The notes beneath the pieces were generated by a model that saw only the letters and a list, made by a program, of their open reading frames with translations, ran no database searches and had not been told where the DNA came from. Positions 13,074 to 26,980 of a DNA stretch of 64,000 nucleotides are shown piece after piece (position 1 is the first letter of the stretch; each line of letters begins with the position of its first letter). The position numbers were made by a program, and so were the translations under genes. Source of the stretch: Eledone cirrhosa (taxonomy: Eukaryota); NCBI GenBank assembly GCA_964016885.1, contig OZ024741.1:334056001-334120000 (forward strand), read 5' to 3'.

Positions 13074-15669
13074 GCACACACAACTATCTATATGTACTGA
13101 GAATGAGAGATGAGAGAGAAGGAAGGAAAGTACTTTTAGTATATAATGAATGATAAAGAACATCTTAAAATAATTCTTCTTCAAATGATGAAAGTAATTG
13201 AGAATCATAAAAGATTTATCATATATATATATTGGTATTGATGTATCTTTAAGAACAAATATTATTGCTAACCAATACAAAGGAGGAGGTGGTTGTGGTA
13301 ATGGTGTTTTAAAATCAATTAAAAAAAATTAGTAAATATATTCTGATTTCAAATGTTACCAGTATTAACTTTGTTATTCATCCTACGAGGGTAAGAAAAG
13401 TAAGCACTAAAAGTATGATTGGAGGAATTTTTTCCCATATCTTTTCCTGCTCCCTAAAATTTTTTTTTTTTTTTTTACTAACTGTTTAGCCAAGGAAGGA
13501 AGAGAAGTGACCATGACTACTTTCAGGTCTTCCAAGACTGGGGGTTAGATATGGGGAGGGAAGGAAACATACTAAAACTAGAGATCAAGCTAAACTCCTA
13601 CAACATATATTTGATACCAAACTGCCTGAATCAGCCCCCCATTCTACAATACAAAATTATTTGTTATAAAGAATTTATATTTATCTAAAAACCTTCCACC
13701 ATCATTTTATGTGAAACCCATGTTTAAGTTATGCTCCAAACTCCAGCTTAAATGTGAGAAATTTAGTTTTATCTCTAAATATAAATCACTTCAAAATGTA
13801 TTTTATTATTTTCAAAATTATTTGAAAATCACAAGCAGAGTTTTAATTAGAAATGTGGTAATGAAATGGTTAAATGCTTTACTTCAGCTCCATAACATGC
13901 AACATTTCTGATCATGTAGAATCATTTCTTCCTTCTATACATTAAACACATTCTTTATATCTCTCATCTCTCTCCTCTCCCCTGTCTATGCATTCATTTA
14001 TCTTTATTTGCTTCCCCTCTCCTCTTTTCAATTATCTGCATTTTCTATTTCTCTATTTCTGCGGAAAGTAAACACCTCCGAGTTACTGGCCCTATCTACA
14101 GCAGAATAGTAACAATAACTGAAACAAACACCAATGAAACGCTTGAGAAAGTTTTTGATTAGAAAGACGGATAAAGAAAAAAACATATATATATAAGATA
14201 AATAAAAATAGACAAACGAACTCGTCATTGAATTCAGAATACAACTATAAATACCTTGGTTTCATTTCCTTATGAAGAGACTAAAAATCTTCTCAACATT
14301 GTTCTATCTATTGTTCTATAACTTGCATCTATTATGTACCATCTTATCGGCAGATTAAATTACTGCAATTATGCAATGCAAAAAGCATGCAATTTGGAAG
14401 TGCAATTTTGAAGCAGCTTTTCTGAAAATTTCTACAAACCTATGATTAGGATGGCTGCTTTAATTAATATCCTTGATTCATGTTTAACTTTTTTTTTTTA
14501 CAAAGTATATAAAAAACAACTGTTTGAAATTATCTTTTCTTAATTTACATACCATTGTTGTAATTTGTTCATGTTTCTGTTGCTGTTTGTTTTTGTGGGC
14601 TTTTTTTTTAAAATTTATTCTGTTATTTTATTTTGTATGAGTATGAATCAAAACCAAAGAGAATATAGGATTTTTGGCACTATTGATTTTCACCTGCCCG
14701 TTAGATACAAATAGCAGTCAAGTAGCCATAGAAACAAGTTATTAGTCAAAGAAATAATGATACAAAAGTTTCTCTTTGACAGAGATTCTAATCTAAGTAA
14801 TGATGGACCATTATTTCTGTCACAGTTGTTTTCTCAATGATATTTTAACAAGTGCTGTTTCATGTTATCTTCAAAATCTTCATCAAAATCAATCAAGAAA
14901 AAGACCAAGTCTGCTGGCATATATTTTGGCATCTATAGTCTGATGGGGGTTTACTAAATCTAATTACATGTCAATGATATTGGCTTCAGACCTCACTAGA
15001 TAAAACAACCAGACGAAATTTCTTGCTGAATAACAGTGCCACTTACACCAACTAACCACTAAACTTTATAAGAATTAAGACAGAACAATGAACCAGATAA
15101 AGACAGAATAAACATTTAAAACAACAACAATAACAACATAAAAAACAACACAAAACAATATCTAATTAAATGACAGTACTGGAAAATAATTCAATTGTTT
15201 ATTTCAGACCAATACTTCACTTTCACAATTCAACGTTTCCCAACAAACATAATTACTTAATTTGATAAAACCAATCATCTGACATATCTTATTCTGCCCC
15301 CTCTATTCTCTCACATCTCACTCTCTTATTTCTATTCTTTTTATTTTCATCTTTAACGTAATTACTGCTGGTGTTGGCGGTGGTTGCAACATCCATTTTC
15401 ACTTAAAACATCTTAATAAAGAGTTTGAATTTAAAAATTTCTGTCAACATATTTAACTTAGATGGAATTAAATTAAGTATTCTAATAAACTATTTTTTAA
15501 ACTATGCCAACACATAGGTTTACCTTTTCAATTTTTATTAACATATTTACTATTTCATTGGCTAACTTACAACCATATTTAGTAAAGTAGTGGTAATGCA
15601 TAGTTCTTTCTCTAACATCAATATCACAGTCTTCATTAGTCATGTTCCTAGTTTGTTAGTACAATAAAA

Positions 15670-16600
15670 AGGGTGATGGATTGGCAGTAATCGGTACAAT
15701 ATGCTTTGTGGCATATAGTTACAGCCCTTTACAGTCTGATTTTACATCCTGCCAAGGTTAGTTTTGTCTTTCATCTTTATGGAGGTCACTAGGGTCGATT
15801 TATTCGGCCTTCCTCTACCCCCAAATTGTTCACTTTGTGCCTAAATCAGAAACCATTATTTTAGGGCGGTGAATTGGCAGTATTGGTAGAGGGTTGGACG
15901 CCATGCTTTCTAGCATAGTTACGTCCCTTTACATTCTGAGTTCAAATCCCGCCATGGTTAACTTTGCCTTTCATCCTTACGGGGTCAATAAAATAAAGTA
16001 CCAGTAATGTACTAGGTAATTTCTGGCCATGTGCCTAAAGTAGAAACAATTATTTTAGGGTGGTGGATTGACAGAATTAGTAAAACATCAGACATGCTTT
16101 ATGGCATATTGTTATGTCCCTTTACATTCTGAGTTAAAAACCAGTCGAGGTTAGCTTTGCCTTTCATCCTTATAGGGTCGATATAATAAAATACCAGTAA
16201 TTCAATTGGTTCAATTTAATCGACTTTCTCACCAAAATTGTTGGTCTTGTGTCTAAAACAATAAACTTTTTATTGTAATTTATCAGTGAAATATAATACC
16301 ATAGAAAGATTGTTTTTCATTTTATGGCTCTATAAAACCAGAGGGTGAATTGGTAGAGTCAGTAGGGCTTTGAAGTAAATGCCTCTGTGTTTTGACCACT
16401 TTACTGCACTCAGTTCAAATCCAGCCAAGGTCAACTTTGCCTTTCCTTTTGATATTGGAAATGAGTTGTTTTTTAAGCCAGCTCTGTATATTCTCAGTTC
16501 AAATCCAGCCATAGTTCACTTTGCCTTTCATCCTTTTAAGGTTGATATTCTTAATGAGTTGGTATATGATCCAGCTCTGTATATTCTCAGCTCAAATTCC
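15670..16600 (+). mobile_element. Tandem cluster of SINE copies (best copy 15864-16055)
   Basis: Repeated TTGGCAG head, GTTCAAATCC B box and TTTGCCTTTCATCC core. Confidence 0.75.
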
Positions 16601-17295
16601 ACCTCATTTTGCCAGGAGTTACAGCTAATAGTTTCATCTCATCATATCACGTTTCCCTCTGTAGCTGTTACAATATGATATGATTGTTAGTGAAATACCC
16701 TAACCAATAATCCACACACCCTTACATGGAAATCACTAATCACATGAAGTGCAGTTAAGTTTTACTAATTAATACAGTAGACAATTGTAACTTCCACCAA
16801 TGTTCCCCCTAAACTGTATGAGTATCACAATGTTGCCACTCTGTAGCTTTGAAAAGTTGCCACTCAGTAAATTTCACTATATTATTTTTGCTTAAATCAT
16901 TGAATACTCTTCTCAGAGGTATGGAATAATTTGATGGACTGTTGCTTAGCTCTATAAGTGAACAGGACATTTGTGAAGTATATAGTGCTCTGCTGGTTTA
17001 TATCTAACCCAGCTAGGCTAAGAGGGGATTTCGTTTTTGTAATACTTTAGTTTAGAAAAGGCTATAATCATAGCTTTCACAGACTGGTGAATCGAATGGG
17101 GTTTACATTTTTCTTGGGGATTGACATTCTCTGGAGGAAAAACTGAAGTCTCTCCCTGGAGGGTGGAGGAATACATTATTGGTGATGAGAGAAGAAATTA
17201 GTTGAGTAGGCTTGAATGGGAGTGAAAGATCAGCAAGCTCTGAGGAGCAAAGACTACTGTAGTAGCAATAGAAGAGACAATGTGAGGAGACAATA

Positions 17296-17537
17296 CAGGG
17301 TGAGTCATAAATAACCTGGAAGTCAATGCATTTTTATTGCAAGATTTACATAAATGTTTTATCATCTACTTCAAAATGTATTGAGGAACAGGGTCAGCTT
17401 TTCAAACACTTACTTTAATTATATATTTTTAACTAATTTTGTTTGATGTATTTATAATTTCATACTGTATCACAAAAAGTTTAGTAAATATTTGGAATAT
17501 AAATATTAGACTGCTCGGTTACTTATGACTCAGCCTG
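17296..17537. mobile_element. Tc1/mariner-superfamily MITE
   Basis: TA|CAGGGTGAGTCATAA ... TTATGACTCAGCCTG|TA; internal KCIEEQGQLFKHLL* resembles a transposase C-terminus. Confidence 0.75.
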
Positions 17538-18119
17538 TATGTCTGTGGGCCAGACTTTTACTATTATATATCTTTGATAAAGATTAGAAGGTTAAGAATC
17601 ACAGCTCAAGGAACACAAATACAAGTTCTATGCTCCATCAGTGATTGATACAATACAAACCACTGATTCTTTAGTTGATAGTCCTGGCCAGCCAATAATA
17701 TATCGGCCCAACCAACTGCATCTATCATAATTTGTAATACATGTCAGAAATTATTTGTGAATATTAATCAAAGTTTAGTTGAACAGGAAGACATTCATCA
17801 TAGTAATTAATGGTTGATGTATTTTAGGAATTTATTCCCAAACTAACTATCAATGGACTGGTTACGTGTGATGGTCCTCTATATGACATTTTCACACACA
17901 CATATATATAAACATATATATATATATATATAGAGAGAGGGAGAGAGAGAGTTGGGACAAAATGGTGGGAGGTTGATAAAGAGGTGTAAAAGGCAGACAG
18001 AGAACTGCTGGAGGGAGAGGGGGAGGAAGGCTACAGAGTGTGTATATAGCAATATGAAAGAATGAAAGAGGGAACAGTAAGGAAATAAGAGATAAATGAT
18101 GAAATAAATATTCATAAGA

Positions 18120-18604
18120 AATTACACACACACACACGTACATATATATATATTTATACACACATACATATATCATATATAGACATATATGCATATGTTT
18201 CATGCATATATACATATAAATACATACACACATCATATATAGACATATATTCAAACATACATGCAACATACATATATATATATATATATACATGCATAAA
18301 TTCATACATACATGCAACATATATATATATATATATATACACACATATCACATATATACATATCACACATATTCATACATACATGCATGTATACATATAT
18401 ACATATGCATCTAATGTATATATATATACAAACATATCTATATACACACATACATATATATATGCTTGCATACATATACATAAATGCATACATATACATA
18501 CACGCATACATACATACTCATACATATACATACACGCATACATATACATACACGCATACATATACATACACGCATATATATATATATGCATACGCATATA
18601 TATG
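18120..18604. repeat. Compound (TA)/(CA)/(TACA) microsatellite
   Basis: Visible low-complexity repeat. Confidence 0.9.
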
Positions 18605-18946
18605 CATCATCATCATTTCATTTTACGTCCGCTTTTTCCCTGCTTGCAAGGGTGGGATGGGAACTGATGCTGGCTTGATTTCTACATCTGGATGCCCTTC
18701 CTAACACCAACCTCATTTACAGTGAGTGCTGGGTGCTTTTTTGCCGTGGCACCTACACGACCACTTTGCAGTGGAGTGATATGGACCCCAGTTTCTATCA
18801 TCTCATTTCTACAGCTGAGTAAACTGGAGCAATGTGAAATAAAGTGTCTTGCTCAAGGAAACAACACATCACCCGGTCTGAGAATTGAACTCACAACCTT
18901 TCGATTGCAAGGCCGATGCTCTAACCACTAAGCCATGTGCCTCCAT
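18605..18946 (-). mobile_element. tRNA-derived SINE with CORE-like domain and RTE-derived tail
   Basis: Minus strand: A box TGGCTTAGTGG, B box GAGTTCAATTC, CCTTGAGCAAGACACTTT core, GGTTGGTGTTAGGAAGGGCATCCAG, (GAT)n tail. Confidence 0.85.
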
Positions 18947-19605
18947 TATATATATATATATATATATATATATGCATGCATATATTTACATGCATGCATA
19001 TATATCATCATTTTTATGTCTGCTTTTCCATGCTTTTTAGCACAGCATTACAATCATGATTTTTTGTGTTTCATCCCACTTTTAACATAGCTCATGGCCC
19101 AGGCTTTCTTTAAATGAATATTCCCATGTACCACCCCCTCCACCCTACAATTACTATCTTCTCTAATGGTTATACACTGAGAATAACACAATATAAAAAA
19201 AGAAGAAATGCTTATACTTAGAGAAGAATTAATACCCAACAGTGTCTGTGTGTATATTATGTTTTTAACAAAGTACTTTATTTCACATTGCTCCAGTACA
19301 CTCTGCTGAAATTACCAGCAGTAGCTGAGGAGTTAATCCTGTGATAGACTGACGTCCTATCCAGGGAGAATCTTGTAGTCTCAGTTGCTTAATGCCAAGG
19401 AAACCATGGATAAGTACCAGCCTGAGGAGCCTATGGCTTAAAACAGACTTTATCTGAGCTCACAGAACTCTAGTATGACTGAAGGTCTGCATCCCAGATT
19501 AGGAACCACTGCCTTAGATTTTATATATTATTTAGGCTTTATTAAGACACTTCCTACTAATGACAATGGAGATACTTACAGTAATTGGCCTGTAATAAAG
19601 ATTTA

Positions 19606-19810
19606 CTATATATACTTAAATATAAGCTGATACGGATATAATCCCAAACCCCACTATTTTATGTCTGAGAAATGAGCAAAAATCCAAACTTTATTTATGT
19701 TGAATTTGAAGTTGGTGAAACATTGAACCTGAATATAATCCAACCCTTTCTACTTTTGATTTTTTTGGTCATATATATATATTCCTCAGCTTATATTCAA
19801 GTATACACAG
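19606..19810. mobile_element. pogo/Tc2-type MITE
   Basis: TA|CTATATATACTTAAATATAAGCTGA ... TCAGCTTATATTCAAGTATACACAG|TA. Confidence 0.65.
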
Positions 19811-22099
19811 TAATTTAATTTACTCTCATGGATTATATTGATATTGGCTTAATTGTTTCTGACCTAATTATTGAGAAAGAAATTAATTTCGATAATGTAA
19901 TTTAAGTATGATTTAATTAAATGAGATTTTCTTGATTTTCTTTAAAATTTTTATTTGTTTTCCCTTTTTTTAAATATATTTTTATTTTCCATATACATAG
20001 TCCCATTTCTTTTCACCCTTCATTGAACATTGCTATGGATTTTGAGCTTAATCTCATTGGTCATAAAACTAATAACTAACAGAACAATCAGTAAATGTTA
20101 CCATTCAAATTATTATAATTTTTACGGGGTTATGAAGTAAATGAAGTACAAGTATAGACATTTAAACATTTTTTTTCTGTATTTAAATTTCTTTTTAAAA
20201 TTCTGATGACCTGTTAGACTATTTCAAGAATTTTTTTCCTTTTTTTTTGGGGGGGGGGGGGGGTCCAATAATTTCAACCTGACTAATTACTAATGAGAGA
20301 TCAGAACCCCCCAAAAACAACAAGTAATTTTATAACAATTGACAAAATATTATAACTAGATTCATGTTTCAAATCATATTTTGTTTGGGTTTTTTTTTTT
20401 TGTTCTTTTGCTATTTCACAAAGTATTTACTCACCATTCCAATGCCAGCACTGTTTCTGTTTGATAACATTGTCATTATACATTTTCAAGTGCTTTTTCT
20501 CATTCCAGCTAGCCATTTTAAATTAATTGAATTTTTAATTGTATGTGCAGCAGTGTTTTAATTCATTCTTTAATTTCTGTTTCTGTTTTTTTTTTATTAT
20601 TAATTTTTTTTTCAAGTGGTGTGCTTTAAGGAGAAGAATGATAGCTATTCTTTTATCTTTGCTTGTGAAGCTTAAAACACACAACTTTTTTTATTTTTAA
20701 TAATGAATGTTTCTATGTATTTGTGATTCTGCTTCATACTCACACACACCCACACAACCATTAATTCAACAAACATTCAATTCAATTGTAAACAGTGTTT
20801 TAAAAATAATGATTTTCTTTTAATGTACCTTCACCCCCTTATTTGCTCTCTACCTCACTACCTTTTTCTCTCTCTCTCTCTCACTCTCTATTTTTATCAT
20901 TCTCTCTCTCTCTACCCTCTCAACCTTTCTCTGTTTTGCCACCTTAACTTATTTCTCTCTCTCCACCTTAACTCATCTCTCTATCTCTGTTTACCCCTTA
21001 ACTTCACTCTTCCACCCTCTGTCTCCACCTTAACCTATTTCTCTCTCACACTGTCTCCCCCTCAACTCCTCTCACTCTCTCTCTCCCTCTCTAGTGTTCG
21101 AAGCACAGCAGACATGGAAATATTTCTTTGTCAATTCAATTCAACATTAAATGAATATAAAGATAAAATTTCTTCAACTGCCTTTGCTTTAAGAAACTCA
21201 AATAGCAAAAGCCAGCCTATAGCAATCTTTCCTTCCTGCATGCGATGGCAATGTTACTTTGCGGGTTTCTATATGAATACTCCTAGTTGATGCTGTGTTA
21301 TTAGCAAAACAACTATAATGATATTTAGAAGCTGCTTTAAAGGCTTTCGCTATACACTTTCTCATGAAATACTTGAAACAGGCAAATTCGCAAAGTTTGG
21401 AAAGAAAACCTGACAGAATGAGTTATCAAATATTTGTATATTGATTTCTTGCAAAGGTATTCAGGCCAAAAATTGAAAGTGTGGGTATGTAGCTGATTGT
21501 ATCAGTCTCAACACATTCATCATCATCATCATCATCCTCATATAGTTTTATGTCTGTTTTTTTCATGCAAACACAGGTTAAATGAAAGCAGGAGATTATC
21601 CCAGTTCCTTGTGATATTAAGTGAGAGAGTACATGATGGAACACTAATCCATCACAAGGTTAACTAACAGCTAAGTTGACTGGAGCAATATAAAATGAAA
21701 TGCCTTGCTGAAGGATACAATGCACTGCTTGGTTTAGAAGTTGAACCACTGACTAGAGAAACATGAAATGTAATGCCTTGTTCAAGGATGCAATGCACTG
21801 CTTAGGCTGGGTATTGGAACTATGACTGGAGCAACAGGAAATGCCTTGCTCAAGAATACATTGCACTGCCTGGTCTGGGGGTTGAACTTATGAACTTACA
21901 ATCATCATAAGACATCACACCAACCCCTAGGTTTTCTTCTTTCATGTATTTACAGAACACTATGATACTGTTCTTACTGGATGAATAAAATTCAAAGTTG
22001 ACTCTATCAGGGTTTGAGCTTAAAAATAATAAAGAGACAATTGTTTGAACATTATGGTATGTTCTAATGTAAGGAACAAATAAATGTAACTACATTAGA

Positions 22100-22730
22100 T
22101 CCTGCCAAGAATTTCCAGTATCTTGGGGCTGTTTTCATAAGTGATGGATGGCAAGAGGTTGGATTAAAAGCAAGAAATGCTGGAGCTGGTGCAATAATAT
22201 GCCAACTTCAACACTCAGTCATCAGAAGAAGGGAGGTAGGTGTAAAAGTCAAACTTGCTATCTTCAATATTGTATTCATATGTTCATGAATCTTCATTAG
22301 TACCTATGTTCATGAATCTTCATTAGTGACTGAAAAAATATCTTAAATAAAAGTGGCCAAACTGGGATTTTTCCAGGTCTCTGGAGTACTTTTACACAAT
22401 AGGATGCAGAGTTTGGAGATTTGAGAGTTGCTCCAGGAAGAGCCACTACATCTCATCAATAGATCACACTTCTGGTACCATGGACATGTGGTTAGTACGT
22501 CCAAAGAAAGAATTGCAGGACAGATTTTACAGGCAAAGCTAACTGGCATGAGACTCAGAGGTAGACAATGACTAGGATATTTGGATAACATCCATAAGCT
22601 CAGTTGGTCTCACTTGTGGATCCAGACAGATCATTTGAAGAGGGTTGCTTCTGATAGTACCCTCTGAAGGAATGTCTGAGGATCTGTCTCCATGGACCAT
22701 GAGGCAAAAAGCAGGCGACAAAGGTAAAGG
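22100..22730 (+). mobile_element. Decayed Expander/Rex3-like RTE LINE, 3' part
   Basis: FQYLGAVFISDG..., KVKLAIFN, WYHGHVV, G.RLRGRQ motifs with stops and frameshifts. Confidence 0.7.
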
Positions 22731-23104
22731 TAAAGATGAAGAAGGATTTCAAATAAAATTATATGGTTGGAATAAAAGGTACCAAAGTTTTAAAAATAAG
22801 TTCACTTAGTAAAAAAAAGGAAATGAGTCAATCATCAGCTTGGACCAAATGAACTGTTTCCATTGGTCATTCCATTCCATTGCTGAGACTATTTGCCAGT
22901 TGCAACTCTCTTGGCATAAGGGGCCAAGATTTGAACTCAAAATGTACAGAGCTGGATATGATAGCAGAAACTATCCACCAATCCAGTGCCACCACCACTG
23001 GACTGGTACTTCATCAACCAGGAAATGATGATTCTGACGCCCTAACTACTCTGTCAGTTTACCACCTTCACTTAGATATTTGATAAATATCAAATACATT
23101 AACA

Positions 23105-23435
23105 TTCAGTAGCTGCTGTGTGTGACTGGCTTTTAACTGGTTGATCACCCTCTCTATTCTTTTGATTTGGCCCCATCTGATTATCATTTGTTCTCCAATT
23201 TGAAAAAACACTTGGCTGAGAACCAGTATCACAGTGATGATGACATCATATCTGCTGTTGATGACTTTTTTTACCGAAAGAATGAAAGCTTCTTCACCAA
23301 TGTGATACAAGTACTGCAGCACTGATGGAAGAAGTGTGTAGGCAGCAAGGGGGACTATGTTGAAAAATAAACCTGATTTGGTCACATTCCATGAGAGTAT
23401 CCTGGTCAGCCTATGAACTTTTCAGCCGACCCTCA
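23105..23435 (+). mobile_element. Mariner 3' fragment (irritans/Himar-like) with right TIR
   Basis: HPLYSFDLAPSDYHLFSNLKKHL ... KGDYVEK*, then TIR AACTTTTCAGCCGACCCTCA|TA. Confidence 0.85.
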
Positions 23436-24770
23436 TACATACGATCAAAACATTCATAAAAGTAGACTGAGCCCACATATGTCTAGCAGTCCCTAGAACA
23501 CTTACTTGTAAATACAGTGAAGATAGATATTGCCATTAGTCTGGCTACACAAAATGTCATATGAAATTAAGATTTCTTAGCCAGGCATGTAAACGTAACA
23601 ACATTTACATGGGGAGAAGAAATATTTTCTCTCAGTTTGTCATAATGGAAAAGTTACATTTTCTCAGGAAAATTGATTTAACAAAGTGAATGCAGGTTTC
23701 AGAACAGCTAAGACTGAAAATATGTATAGCTTTTTCACACAACCACTGAAAGAAATCACACTGAAATGATTGGTTTGAAGAAGATTGAGATAGACAGTGA
23801 AAGCATAGACATATTAGTTCAATGCTGAGGCTGCACAATTGCCCATGTCATAACACAAATTCAAAAAGGTGAAATCCTTCTATTCTATAGCATGACAAAA
23901 TCTAACTTTCATATGCAATTCTACACTAAGTAGCCTATAAATATGTCACATGGTATCATGATATCAGTCAAGTATAAAGGTAAAGTGTTTAGGTCTTATG
24001 TCATTATAGCGAAACAGAAGACATCACTCCATTTTTCAAAGAAAGAAGCCACCAAATGAAATTTTCCAGAAGAACTTTTGCCACAGAAGAATTTTACAAA
24101 TAACTTGTATGTCATGATAGTAGAAACCTATTCTTTGAAATAACACACTGTACCACTGATTGTTCATAAAATTAAATATGAAGGCTTCAAGACAAATGGT
24201 ACTTATAGAATACAGGCAGAATGAATAGTTGAGATAACAGATTATTAAAATATTTCATGAGAAGTGAGAAGCAATCCTTATTTCAATAACTAGTGTACCT
24301 GTACCATCAATAATTATTTCTAACATTGGCACCAGACCAGCAATTTAGGGAAAAGAAAAGTCAATTATATCAACCTTAATTCTTAACTGGTACTTTATTT
24401 TATTCACCTTGAAGGGACCAAAGGCAAAATTGACTGCAGCAGGATTTGAACTCAGAACATAAAGAGCCATAACTATATGCCACAAAGCATTCTGCCTGGC
24501 ACTAAAGTTTAATTATATTACTATATTCCTTCAAATTCTTCATTATTTTCAAAATAATTCAGAAATCAGAGGCAGTGATTTTCATTAGAAATAAGAAGAA
24601 AAGGTGAAGATGATATTAAAATTGCTGCTAAGGACTCCTGTTGTGTGTGTGTGGTACCTCTAAATAGCTAACCTCCCTCTCATAATTGCAGGGAATATTA
24701 TAACAAAATTATTTCTCCAGTTCCTTCTTCAAGCAGACAAGAAATGGTAAAGTTTCATTAGAAATATATT

Positions 24771-24905
24771 AATGACTGATAAATTTCAGAAAGCTGGAAC
24801 AATGTTGTAGAAATATATAACAGTTAAAGGATGACAAATGAAACAAAACTAAATAATGATTTACCCCAGTATATTTCAACAGCTTTCTGAAATTTATCAG
24901 TCATT
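24771..24905. repeat. Inverted repeat, 26-bp arms (small MITE-like)
   Basis: AATGACTGATAAATTTCAGAAAGCTG (24771-24796) vs CAGCTTTCTGAAATTTATCAGTCATT (24880-24905). Confidence 0.7.
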
Positions 24906-25303
24906 TATTACATATATCATATTTCATATTAACTTTAATATGTTAATGAAAGTATTGGATATATTGTACTAATGAATTTATAAATAAAATAATAGACATC
25001 AAGAAAACTTTGAAGAACATTCAAACTGGATTATAATCAGATTTTAAATAATATTCATAAAAAGTGATGAAATTTATAAAGTACATATGAGGTTCTGCAT
25101 GGATTTGTGACTGGTAGATAGTATCAACAATGGAAAGACAAATGGAAACGTTTTCTAGGTCTGATTTGATGAGCTCCACCCCACTCAGTCAGCAAATGAA
25201 GTCTGGGATCTTATTGATTCCCTTTGCTTTTCCTTACATATAAGGCAATGTTAGAATGTTCCTGAACCAGGTTTAAAGAACTACACCAGTATTCCAGTAA
25301 ATA

Positions 25304-26980
25304 ATCATCATCATCATCAGGTTTAGCGTCCGTGTTCCACGCTTGCATGGGTTTGGACGGGGGTTTTCCCACTTGAGGCAAGAGTGGTTGTCTTGCTCGC
25401 ATAGGACTGTCTGGTGGGTTTTCTACAGTTGGATGCCCTTCCTAACACCAACCACATTTACAGTGTGGGGCTGGGAGGTTTTTACCGTGTTGCCTACACG
25501 GCCACATTACAGCGTGGATTGTCTGGCGGGTTTTCTACAGCTGGATGCCCTTCCTAACACCAACCACATTTACAGTGTGGGGCTGGGAGGTTTTTACCGT
25601 GTTGCCTACACGGCCACATTTACAGCGTGGACTGTGTGTTTTTTGTCGTGACACCTACACGATCTCATTGTTTCGGCCTGGATGTTGTGGGACCAACATA
25701 ACTTTACATTGAAAGGGGCGGTGTGGATGGGGTGGAGGTGGTGGGTCGGGGGTGTGTTTTGATAGAGATGCCTACTGACTGTAGTAGGTTTTTACTTTGT
25801 ATTTAGGTAAGGCGGGTCTTCTCTATTACTGAGTACCGCCAAAGGTCTCGGTCCAGTGACATTGTCTTGGAGAGGTGTAAGCGTGTGAGGTCGGAATTTA
25901 TCAGCTCGTCCCATGTTTTTCTGGGTCTGCCTACTCCGTGGCTACCGTCTATCTTTATTGCCCTGCACTTTGTTATACAGCTGTCGTCTTTCATGCGCAT
26001 CACGTGACCGTACCAACGTAGCCTTCTCTCGAGTAAACAACATCTGATCCCTCTTATTTCTAATTTTTTTCCTTAGTTCGTTTATGCTTTGCCGTTCACG
26101 TATATTACTATTGCACATCCAGCGGAGCATGCAAGCTTCGTTCCTCTCTAGTCTGCGTATATCCTCTGCACACAATGCCCAGGTCTCACTGCCATGCAGC
26201 ATTGCTGTTCGTATGCAGGCATCGTATAACCTGCCTTTCATTTTTAGGGAGAACCCTCTAGCAGCTAATAGTGGTATAAGCTCTCTGAACTTTTTCCATC
26301 CAGTTCTGACTCTAGCTACTGTACTTTCAGAGCACCCTCCCCCACTGCTGATTTTGTCACCCAGGTAACGGAAGCTGTCCACTATTTCTATAGATCCCTC
26401 TGCGCAGTTGAAGGAGCTAGTATTTGTGGGCACTTGCTGCTACTTATTGCACCAGAGCACCGGCCACATGTAAAATCTATGTTCTTAGTTAGCTTACCTG
26501 TGATCCCACTACATCTTTTATGCACCCATACTTTGCATTTGGGACATAAAATGGAGTTTCTACCTTCGCCTTTCCTACACACTGAGCATGGCCATTTCCC
26601 TGAAGGGGCCGCCGCCTTATTTTCTTTCCTACAAACTAGAACTTTAGTCTTAGCCAGGTTAATTTTAAGGCCTTTTGATTCTAGGCCGTGCTTCCATGTT
26701 TGGAATTTCTTCTCTAGTTCGGTCATTGATTCAGCTATGAGCGTTAGATCATCTGCGTATAGGAGTTCCCATGGGCAGCCGGTCTTGAACTCCTCTGTTA
26801 TAGCCTGAAGGGCAATAATAAATAGTAGGGGGCTAAGAACAGAGCCCTGATGGACACCAACTTTTACGCTAAACTCTTCACTATATTCGTTGTTAATTCT
26901 AACCTTACTGACTGTTTCTTTATACATGGCTTGTATAGCTCTCACAAGCCATTCGTCAAAACCTAGTTTTCTAAGAGCCC
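25304..26980 (-). mobile_element. RTE-clade LINE, 5'-truncated (RT, PHD-like finger, C-terminal domain, 3'UTR, (GAT)n tail)
   Basis: GVHQGSVLSPLLF, LLYADD, FRYLG, GRPRKTW; near-identical to 38559-40764. Confidence 0.93.

Noticed and set aside
18870-18946. tRNA gene candidates at SINE heads
   Set aside because: A and B boxes are present but there is no complete cloverleaf, and they continue into SINE core and tail
23560-24290. Possible decayed transposase on the minus strand
   Set aside because: No recognisable motif in any frame I could read
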